Shown here piece by piece: positions 17,278 through 25,249 of a stretch of 26,971 bases of DNA. Position 1 is the first letter of the stretch, and each line of letters opens with the position of its first letter. Location: positions 1-26,971 of the forward strand of contig CAYNYM010000001.1 in NCBI GenBank assembly GCA_964401325.1. Reading direction: 5' to 3'. This DNA comes from an uncultured Desulfobacteraceae bacterium (GTDB taxonomy: Bacteria; Desulfobacterota; DSM-4660; Desulfatiglandales; HGW-15). A program made the position numbers and the translations under genes. The notes beneath the pieces were generated by a model, which searched no databases, was not told the DNA's origin, and saw nothing but the letters and a program-made list of their open reading frames with translations.

Positions 17278-18654
17278 TTAGCGATTATCCGTAATTTTTT
17301 TCTTGGCCCGCCCGCCGGGGCTGAAGGCTCCCAGACCAACCAAGTTCAGCCGGGGTTCGTCTATGGCTCCGTCGGCAAGATTCTGGCGGATCAGGGGTGA
17401 CTCCAGGATCGCCCTCCTTAAGGACTGCTGAACGTCGGCGCCTATGCGCGTAACCTCTGCCGTAAAATCCAGGCGGTCCTTTCCTTCGGCCCTGGCAATT
17501 TCAATCTGATAATCAACCAATTCGGGTATCCGGTAGAGGGGCTCGTCAAACAGGCCGAAGTAGACCTCGTCTCCATGCCCCACTTTGATCCCTGATTCCA
17601 GACGCCTGCTTATCTTCCCAATCCTGCGCAGGCTGCCGGCTCCGCAGGGGCAGGGTTCGGTAATCCAATGGGATATATCGTGGGTCCTGTACCGTATGAG
17701 AGGCATCCCCTCCCGTGTCAGGGTGGTAAAAACCAGTTCTCCTTCTCCCTCCTCCAGGACCTCGCCTGTTTCAGGCTCCACGACCTCGAGGAGAAGATCC
17801 GCTTCGTTAAAGTGATAGCCATTGTGGGCGTGACATTCCACCGCGACACCCAGCCCCATTTCAGTGATCCCATAATGGTTGTGGACGTCGGCCCGCCATG
17901 TGTCTCTTAGGTGATCCCGCATGGACTCAGAGAGGTATCCGGAAGTAACGAATACGGTTTTCACTCCAAGTTTATCCAACTCCACATGTTGTTTTAACTC
18001 CTGTGTCATCCGGTATATTCGCGGCGTTACACCAAACAAAACGGTCGGCCTGTGTTGGTGTATATGCTTAAGCTGGTCCTCGGCGCTCAGGTTCAAGCCC
18101 GTTTTTACGGGCGTGATACCCTGTTTTTGCAGGCCTTTGGCCAAGAGATCCCCTTGATTGTTAGACGTTCCCGAAGGCAGGATGATCTGAACGATATCTT
18201 CGGTGTCGGCCACCGTCCTCAACGCTGCACCCATAAAATCTGTGATCCGCTCAACATCACCCTGCGTGCAGAACACCCTTTTTTGAGGGCCGGTGGTCCC
18301 CGAGGTCGTGAAGGTCGTCACTTTGGCGATGTCTCCATGGGAACCGCAGAGGAATCGGTTGGGATACGCGGCCAAATCTGACGGATCGGTTAGGGGGATC
18401 CTCGCCAGATCAGACAAGGATCGAATGTCCCTGGGAGTGATATTGTGGTCCTTGAAGACCTGCCTGTAAAACGTGCTTTTTTCATAGACATGGACCAATG
18501 TTTTTCTTAATTCTAACAACTGATATGTTTCGACATCTGCTCTGGTTAGCTTGCCGGGGGTTGATCGACTGATGTACTTTCGATATTCTTCGTTATCTTC
18601 TCGTTTTTTTGCTATTTTTTCATGGAGCCAGCGCTCCAAATAGATGGCGTTCAT
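17278..18654 (-). CDS. PaaK-like AMP-dependent ligase (resembles DVU_1553-family CoA ligase)
   Basis: 458 aa. TTSGTTGP, YGITEMG, GELVFTTLTREGMPLIRYRTHD; N-terminal YQLLELRKTL..S.FY as in the PaaK group. Confidence 0.85.
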   Translation of the reverse strand: MNAIYLERWLHEKIAKKREDNEEYRKYISRSTPGKLTRADVETYQLLELRKTLVHVYEKSTFYRQVFKDHNITPRDIRSLSDLARIPLTDPSDLAAYPNRFLCGSHGDIAKVTTFTTSGTTGPQKRVFCTQGDVERITDFMGAALRTVADTEDIVQIILPSGTSNNQGDLLAKGLQKQGITPVKTGLNLSAEDQLKHIHQHRPTVLFGVTPRIYRMTQELKQHVELDKLGVKTVFVTSGYLSESMRDHLRDTWRADVHNHYGITEMGLGVAVECHAHNGYHFNEADLLLEVVEPETGEVLEEGEGELVFTTLTREGMPLIRYRTHDISHWITEPCPCGAGSLRRIGKISRRLESGIKVGHGDEVYFGLFDEPLYRIPELVDYQIEIARAEGKDRLDFTAEVTRIGADVQQSLRRAILESPLIRQNLADGAIDEPRLNLVGLGAFSPGGRAKKKITDNR

Positions 18655-18684
18655 GATCTCTGTTTCCTTCTTATAAATTGATCG

Positions 18685-20040
18685 CTAGCCGATTACTTCA
18701 GGATAGAGTCTCTGCCCGGTGGAGCTGGTTAAATAATAGGCGCAAAAGGGATAAATTTTGCAATCCGGGGCGACTACATGCCCGCAACACCGCTTCAGTC
18801 GATCCAAATCAATGCTCCAGACGTCCTGAAAGGGCATGCAGCTGATGGTGAGGCCCTGGGCTGCGACCTCTCGGTATAGATTTCCCCAGCAATTACAATT
18901 TGTTGCAGGAGGAAAAAGTTTTTCTTCCTTGGGTTGCCAGTGGGCGTTCATAAACGAACGTGCTGTCTCCCAGGGCGGCCTGCGATCGTCTCCCCGTCGA
19001 CCCGCCCCATCCTTGGCCCGCCTCCTGCCGATGGCCTCTAAGCGTCCGTCCCGAAGGACGAATATGGCGGAGAAGGAACAGTGGGAGTCTTGAGAGCGAC
19101 GGGGCATTAAATTCTCTCCCTTAATCTCTCCCTTTGTTTGCCTCTCGAGTCCCCGGATCAGGTCCGGTATGGTGATCCGATCCTCATCCGTGGGGGGAGC
19201 CGGGAACCTTCCGATATAGCTGATCGGCTGGAAATGAACGCCTCTTACTGTCGGTATTCGGCCTTTGGCAAAACGGATAATGTCGCCCAGTTGGTGGTCA
19301 TTGACTCCCGGGACCAGTGTGGGGACGAGAACAACGCCCAGATGAAAATCCGTGCAGTTGCTGATGGCCCTCTCCTTTAAATCGAACAGGTCCGCCCCGC
19401 GCGTATAGCGATACACCTCATCGGTCACGCCATCAAACTGGAGATAAATAGTGCCGGCCCCGGCATCCGCAAGCCTCCGGAGATAGTCCCTGTCCTTGGC
19501 GATCCGCACACCATTACTGTTAACCATGATGTGCTGAAAACCTATGTGCTTTCCCAGTGCCACAATTTCCGGCAGGTCATCCCGGACTGTCGGCTCTCCC
19601 CCGCTGAGTTGAATGGTGGGAAGTCCTGTAACCTCCAACACACTCTCATACATCCTTCTTATTGTTTCAAGGTCAGGCTCATAGGCCGTTGCAGCGTTGG
19701 TACTCGCAAAACAGACCGGGCATTTCAAATTACATCTCTGGGTAACATTCATGACCATCGTGCAGGCATTTGCCTTGTGCTCGGGGCAAAGGCCACAGTC
19801 ATAAGGGCAGCCATCTCTGACAGGTGTAATGCTTTTCAGTGGACCTACCGCTTCTTCACCACACTCACCCCAATCGATATAATCCTGCAGGGTCCCTCGC
19901 CAAATAAGGGTTTTAAAAGGACCGTGTTCAGGACATTCTTTCTCCAGATAGACATTTCCGTTTTCAGAGACTCTCCTGGCTGAAATCCTTTTCAGACACG
20001 CCGGGCATAGACTCTCCGTTTCTTGCGATAATTTGCTCAT
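18685..20040 (-). CDS. Radical SAM protein, MJ0619/TrsS-like
   Basis: 451 aa. CNLKCPVC (CX3CX2C), QLSGGEPT, YLQFDG, N-terminal CPAC / ECPEHG and GCPYDCGLCPEH Cys clusters, C-terminal MPFQDVWSIDLDRLKRCC and PFCAY. Confidence 0.88.
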   Translation of the reverse strand: MSKLSQETESLCPACLKRISARRVSENGNVYLEKECPEHGPFKTLIWRGTLQDYIDWGECGEEAVGPLKSITPVRDGCPYDCGLCPEHKANACTMVMNVTQRCNLKCPVCFASTNAATAYEPDLETIRRMYESVLEVTGLPTIQLSGGEPTVRDDLPEIVALGKHIGFQHIMVNSNGVRIAKDRDYLRRLADAGAGTIYLQFDGVTDEVYRYTRGADLFDLKERAISNCTDFHLGVVLVPTLVPGVNDHQLGDIIRFAKGRIPTVRGVHFQPISYIGRFPAPPTDEDRITIPDLIRGLERQTKGEIKGENLMPRRSQDSHCSFSAIFVLRDGRLEAIGRRRAKDGAGRRGDDRRPPWETARSFMNAHWQPKEEKLFPPATNCNCWGNLYREVAAQGLTISCMPFQDVWSIDLDRLKRCCGHVVAPDCKIYPFCAYYLTSSTGQRLYPEVIG

Positions 20041-20102
20041 TGTTAAAAAAATCCTCTGTAATCTATCTTATTGTTATCACCTGTTGTCGTTTCCCTCTCC
20101 CA

Positions 20103-20981
20103 TTATTCATTACACCCCAACGGACAGCCCGCCGCCCCGGGTTTGTCCATCATGACAAGGGCGTATCCCAATTTTATCTTTTTGAAAATATCTCGGTAGG
20201 CCTCAAGAGAACACCCGATAGGAGCCTGTTGGTCCTGTCCTTTGGAACTGGAGGTGAGATCTGAAGACAGCCTCTCTAGAAAACCTTCCCACCCTCCGAA
20301 GGTCATGACCATTTTGTACCCCAACTTTTTCATTTCCACGGAATGGTCCTCGACATGGGTTATCTTAAAACCGGCCTGATTGAAAATTCGGAGGTATTCC
20401 TCCAAGGGGCGGGAACCCGCAATGCACGGCACGAGGGGGAACGTGCCGCCGGTATGCAGGCCGCCCTCTTTTGCCTCGGGCACGTCCCCCGTCCGGACCA
20501 CATCCGTCATGACAAACCGTCCGCCGGGTTTCAAGACACGCCAGATCCCCCGAACGGCTTTTCCCTTGTCAGGGAGGATGGAAAAGGAGCTTTCTGAAAT
20601 GACAATATCGAAAAAACCATCCGGGAAAGGCAAGGCCTCGGCATCGGAAACCGCAAATCCGGCCTGACTGCTCAGTCCCTGGACCTTTCCACTTTCCCGG
20701 GCGGCCGCGATCTTCTTCTCAGACAAATCGATTCCGACAACCCGGCAACCGTAGTTCGCCGCCAAGAGCAAGCACCCCAAACCCTTTCCGCAGCCAATAT
20801 CCAAAACAATGGAATGTATATCCGGCGCGGCAAGTCCTGTCACCCTTTGTGTAAGCGGTAGCCCTCCAGGGTGAATGAAATCTTTCAGAAAGGCATTAAA
20901 GGTGTCCGTATCATAAACGGTGGCAGTAGCTTTTTTGAACAAGCCAATGTCGGGATCCTTTGATGAATCATTTTTCCTCAA
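20103..20981 (-). CDS. Class I SAM-dependent methyltransferase (ArsM-like fold, resembles DVU_1556 family)
   Basis: 292 aa. HPGGL..T, VLDIGCGKG (motif I), DAEALPFPDGFFD, VLKPGG, PCIAGS. TTG start overlaps the upstream gene. Confidence 0.88.
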   Translation of the reverse strand: MRKNDSSKDPDIGLFKKATATVYDTDTFNAFLKDFIHPGGLPLTQRVTGLAAPDIHSIVLDIGCGKGLGCLLLAANYGCRVVGIDLSEKKIAAARESGKVQGLSSQAGFAVSDAEALPFPDGFFDIVISESSFSILPDKGKAVRGIWRVLKPGGRFVMTDVVRTGDVPEAKEGGLHTGGTFPLVPCIAGSRPLEEYLRIFNQAGFKITHVEDHSVEMKKLGYKMVMTFGGWEGFLERLSSDLTSSSKGQDQQAPIGCSLEAYRDIFKKIKLGYALVMMDKPGAAGCPLGCNE

Positions 20982-21153
20982 TCATCTTCTCCCCTTTAAG
21001 CATTTTTTCCATGACGTAGTTTTCCGGGATATATTGGCCCCCGCACTGTGGGCACTTCAGGCCCTCCGCCTCTCCATCGACGTCCAGGTAAATTACAGGG
21101 ATTCCTTCTTCAACCATCTTTTGCTTGCATTTAAAGCAATACCATTCTGACAT
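20968..21153 (-). CDS. Small twin-CxxC protein (resembles DVU_1557-family redox/zinc-ribbon protein)
   Basis: 61 aa. WYCFKC ... YL ... CPQCG..YIPE ... KM..GEKMIEEK. Coupled to both neighbours by overlapping start/stop codons. Confidence 0.75.
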   Translation of the reverse strand: MSEWYCFKCKQKMVEEGIPVIYLDVDGEAEGLKCPQCGGQYIPENYVMEKMLKGEKMIEEK

Positions 21154-21154
21154 C

Positions 21155-21415
21155 TTATTCACCTTCTATGATTTCAGAGCGATGAAAGTAACCACTATGA
21201 ACCATGTATTTCTGATCGTTAATAGAGTATTCAACGTAAAAAGTCGCCTCTGATATTCTCAGCTTAGCCAGATACCGGTCTCCGTCAGGCTGATAAAGTT
21301 TCTCTCCAGTCTCTTCGGCAGTTTGGATGACTTGGATAATGTCCTCGTCCAGTATATGCCTTTCTTCTAGAAGCGACGCAACCGGATCACTCTTGATCAG
21401 GTTTATTGCAGCCAT
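21155..21415 (-). CDS. Small hypothetical protein resembling the C-terminal domain of DVU1558-type oxidoreductases
   Basis: 86 aa with an AAGGAG RBS. Pattern E.R.IL..DI..VI..AE.TG..L ... FYVEY ... Y.V..GY.HR recalled from the C-terminus of pyridine-nucleotide-oxidoreductase/dicluster proteins. Confidence 0.65.
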   Translation of the reverse strand: MAAINLIKSDPVASLLEERHILDEDIIQVIQTAEETGEKLYQPDGDRYLAKLRISEATFYVEYSINDQKYMVHSGYFHRSEIIEGE

Positions 21416-21434
21416 AATGACAATCTCCTTGACA

Positions 21435-21483
21435 GTCCGGAGGAACCTTGAAGCATCGATTCACTTCTAGATTCTCTCCGGAC
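21435..21483. other. Intergenic stem-loop (GTCCGGAG ... CTCCGGAC with inner GAAG/CTTC stem)
   Basis: Perfect 8-bp inverted repeat at 21435-21442 / 21476-21483 between the Mo-oxidoreductase stop and the RBS of the next gene. No U-tract. Confidence 0.4.
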
Positions 21484-21494
21484 GGGTAATCGAT

Positions 21495-23589
21495 CTACTC
21501 CACAACATTATAGGTGGGAGCCTGAGAGACGAACGCCTTTCTTACTCTGCAAGCCAAAGCCCTCACGGAAAGACCGCCCCAGGCCGGATCATGAAGGTCA
21601 TCGTTGGTCAAAAGGTTCCCGTTGGCCAATCCGCCCCATTCGTGGGGTAGGGAGACCACCTTAGGATGGATATCCTTGGTCACCGCCGCCTTCATCTGGA
21701 CTTGCCCCTTCGTTGACTCGATGACGATCATATCGCCGGATTCAATCGAGAGGGCTCGGGCGGTATCCGCGTTTATCTCGGCCATAGGTTCCGGGTCATG
21801 GGACCTTAAGCTGGGAGTCCCTCTATGCATGCCGTGAAGATAGTAGAGTGAGCGGTTCCCGGTAATCAAGATCAGAGGAAATTTTTTCACCAGTTCCGGA
21901 TCACGCACTGGGCTCTGGGTGACTTCATAATGCCGCGGCAATGGATCGAGCCCGTATTTTTTCAGCCGTTCGCAGTAAAGTTCCACTTTCCCTGACGGTG
22001 TGTCAAATTTCCAATCCGGGTCTTCCCATTTCTTGAATTTTCGTTTGGCATAAAAAATACCTTCAGGGTGTTTCTTTGCTTCTTCCAGAGATGCATTTCC
22101 CTGGAAGAAGGGATGACTCAAAATTTCGGCCTGTGCTTCATCAATGTTCTTCCATGGCATATATTGGTTACAATTCAGCTTTTTGGCCAGCTCAAACCAA
22201 AATTTCCAGTCAGGCCAACATTCATCAGGCGGTTCAAGGACCTTCTTAACCAATGCCGTCATGGGCCGACCGACGTACTGATACAAGAGTTGCTGTTCAA
22301 GAAAGGTGCATGCCGGCAAGACCAGATCAGCCATTTCAGCCGTCTCGGTCATAAAGAGGTCGTGAACCACCATAAAATCAAGTTTATCTATTGCTTTCTT
22401 TAACTTGTTTGTATCTGCCCACGAAAGGATCGGATTAGCTCTCTGAACCGTCAGCATCTTGATGGGGTAAGGTTTCTCGGTCAGAATAATATCCGTCATG
22501 GCCGCCCCGGCGGGGATACCGCTGAGTTCATCAAGGAGCGGATAGGGATCATCTGTGGGCCTTGGAATTTTCTCCTCAGGAAATCCCGTCTCGGCTAGCT
22601 TGGCAAGGGCTTCCAGAGGCATCAATGAGGAAGCGCCACGGACATCGAGATTGCCGGTGATGGCAATCAATGCCTGGATCGCGCGGCACGTGTAAAAGCC
22701 ATTCTCCAAGCCGTCAAGGGTATTGCCCTGAAAGATGGCTGATGGTTTTGTTGTGGCGTACATCCTGGCCGCCGCTATCAGGTCTTCGGCAGGCACCCAT
22801 GTGATCTCTTCCGTTCGCTCCGGCGTATATTCTTCGATCATCTCAGTGAATTCTTCAAAACCAAGCACATAGTTCTTTACAAATTCTTCATCATAGAGTT
22901 TCTCTTTAATAATGACATGGCACATCCCCAGGGCAAGGGCCCCATCAGTACCGGGCCTGGGGGCCAGATGGATGTCCGATGCCTTGGCGTGAAGGGTTTT
23001 CCTCGGATCAATGGTGATCAACTTGGCACCCTTTAGTTTGTTGAATGTAATGGCAGTCCCTGCCATGGGAACGGATGCCTCAGGATTTGCCCCCCAAACC
23101 ACGTAGCACTTGGTCCCGAGGAGAGTGGGGACAGTATAGTATCCATGAGTCATCTTATGAGCTGACACTTTTGCCCAATAGCATGTTTGGTTAACGGCGT
23201 AAAAAGAAGGGGAACCAAAGCCCATGTTAAACCGCTTTACATAATAGGAAAGGTCGTAGAGGTCACCAACCTGTCCCATATAGGTACACACCGACGCAGG
23301 ACCGAACTTTTCTTTATATTCGTTCATCTTAGTGGAAATAATATCTAACGCTTCATCCCAGGAGATTTTTTTCCATCCCCCCTCTACCTTACGCATGGGG
23401 TGGGTGATCCGGTTCTTTGCCTCGGTCTGGTACCATTCAGGTATGACCTCGGCTTTGATGCAAAGCGGACCTACCACACTGTCCATTACTCTCCACCTTG
23501 ATAGGCACGTTGTCCTTAATGTGAACGTCAATGCCACATCCCGGCGGGCAAAAGAGACAAAGAGTTTTTTCTATTCTTACTTCTCCCAT
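21495..23589 (-). CDS. Mo/W-bisPGD oxidoreductase with N-terminal 4Fe-4S (acetylene-hydratase-like clade), interrupted by an apparent 1-nt insertion at 23486-23487
   Basis: GGAGG-N7-ATG at 23589 gives MGEVRIEKTLCLFCPPGCGIDVHIKDNVPIKVES, then the frame changes to MDSVVGPLCIK..RITHPMRKVEGGWKKISWDEALD. Removing one A from GAGAGTAATGGAC restores about 697 aa. Motifs: LAPRPGTDGALALG, DLFMTETAEMADLVLPA, TPSGKVELY, FPLILITG. Confidence 0.85.
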
Positions 23590-23661
23590 TTTGAATCCTC
23601 CTTTTTTCAGATAACCCTTCAAAACCTTACGTTTTTTTCAATGCGGGGTCATGATTATTGT

Positions 23662-25215
23662 TTAGATCTTTCTTTCTAGTTTTTCCCAGTAGGTATCTCT
23701 GATCTGCTTCTTATTGATCTTTCCCAGGCTCGTCTGTGGAAACTCGTCACGAAATTCCAAAAATTTTGGACATTTGAAACCTGCCAGCTTTTTGCGGCAA
23801 TGATCTATAAACTCCTTTTCATCTCCTTTTTCACCCTGTTTCAATACGACCAGCGCTTGAACGGCCTCCCCCCATTTTTCATCAGGGATGCCTACAACCG
23901 CCGCCTGTGAGACTGCAGGGTGAGTATAGAGAACGTCTTCCACCTCCTTTGAGTACACATTCTCACCTCCGCTCTTGATCATGTCCTTTAGACGGTCCAC
24001 GTAATAAAGAAAACCGTCTTTATCTACTTTGCAGATATCTCCGGTATGTTGCCAGCTCCCCCGGAGGGACTGCGCGGTCTCCTCGGGTTTGTTCCAATAC
24101 CCTTGCATGACGCCATCACCCCGAACACAAAGTTCACCTTCTTCCCCTGGAGGCAGCTCATGATCCTCCTTGTTAACGATTTTTATCTGCATATTGAAAC
24201 CTGCAGTACCTGCTGAAGCCAGCTTTTCCGGTGATGTATCGATATGTTCTTCAAGCCGAATCGCACTGAACAGTCCGCACTCGGTCTGTCCGCCCATATT
24301 GCCGACACGGATACCGGGCAACAATTCCAGCAATCTCCTCAAATGGGGTTCGGGTAGAACCGCAGCCCCAACCAGGATGATTCTCAAAGAACTCAAATCA
24401 TACTTTTGGGTCACCACATCCGGGTGATTGATAATGCTTGGAATCAGTTGAGACATCCAGAGGGAACCCGTTACTTTGTTTTCATCCACTGCTTTGATCA
24501 GTTCCAGAACGTCAAATCTTTCCAAAATTACAAAGGTATTTCCCAGCACAAATGTCCAGAACAGGGGCCACGAAGCCCCGGTATGGAAGATTGGAGAAAT
24601 GATCATGAAGACATCGCCATAGGTAAATCCCATCTCAACAATGAAGACGGTGGCACAGGAAAGAAGGTTTCGGTGGCTCAACATGGTGAGCTTTGGAGTC
24701 CCTGTCGTTCCCCCGGTATGCATCAGACAGAAGATATCATTCATCCCAATCTCTAATCCGGGATTCGTGGTCTTGGATGAGGAGATAAGATTCTCATAAT
24801 TGAGCATCCCCTCATGCCTGTCCCCGATGCATATAACCCTCTGGACACTTTCCATCTCCGGGAGAATAGATCTAACGGAATCAGCATATTTGCTTTGAAC
24901 AATAAAGATCGAAGCACCGGATTCTCGCGTGATTTCCATGACCTCGGATGGGGCAAAGCGATAGTTTAAGGGGGTGATGATGCCGCCTGCCTTCGCTACC
25001 CCCATATAAAGCTCAGGATATTCAAAACAGTTCTCGGCCAGTACTGCCACACGGTCACCCTTGGTTATGCCCAGCTGAAGAAGGGCGTTAGCCAGTCGAT
25101 AGACTCTTTCACTAAATTCCAGGAAGGTGCAACTCCTTCCTCCTGCAACTTTTATTGCAGTTTTTTCAGGATACAACCTAGCATTCTTTTCAACAAAGTC
25201 CGGTATAATCATCAC
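23662..25215 (-). CDS. Acyl-CoA synthetase / AMP-dependent CoA ligase (FadD-like)
   Basis: 517 aa. HTGGTTGTPK, GGQTECG, HTGD..KVDKDGFLYYVDRLKDMIKSGGENVYSKEVE, GKINK. Confidence 0.95.
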   Translation of the reverse strand: MMIIPDFVEKNARLYPEKTAIKVAGGRSCTFLEFSERVYRLANALLQLGITKGDRVAVLAENCFEYPELYMGVAKAGGIITPLNYRFAPSEVMEITRESGASIFIVQSKYADSVRSILPEMESVQRVICIGDRHEGMLNYENLISSSKTTNPGLEIGMNDIFCLMHTGGTTGTPKLTMLSHRNLLSCATVFIVEMGFTYGDVFMIISPIFHTGASWPLFWTFVLGNTFVILERFDVLELIKAVDENKVTGSLWMSQLIPSIINHPDVVTQKYDLSSLRIILVGAAVLPEPHLRRLLELLPGIRVGNMGGQTECGLFSAIRLEEHIDTSPEKLASAGTAGFNMQIKIVNKEDHELPPGEEGELCVRGDGVMQGYWNKPEETAQSLRGSWQHTGDICKVDKDGFLYYVDRLKDMIKSGGENVYSKEVEDVLYTHPAVSQAAVVGIPDEKWGEAVQALVVLKQGEKGDEKEFIDHCRKKLAGFKCPKFLEFRDEFPQTSLGKINKKQIRDTYWEKLERKI

Positions 25216-25249
25216 GCACCTCTTTTCTGTTGGTTATTCGTTCCCTATC

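Noticed and set aside
15427-21415. Selenocysteine in the cassette (TrsS-type families include selenoproteins)
   Set aside because: All cassette ORFs are continuous with Cys at motif positions. The TGA stops coincide with natural ends or overlap the next start codon.
21384-21497. Readthrough of the Mo-oxidoreductase TAG into a Cys-rich tail, with a downstream stem-loop as a PYLIS/SECIS-like signal
   Set aside because: The domain is complete before the stop, the 36-codon extension runs out of frame into the next gene, and there is no pyl gene evidence. The stem-loop is more simply an mRNA processing/stability element.
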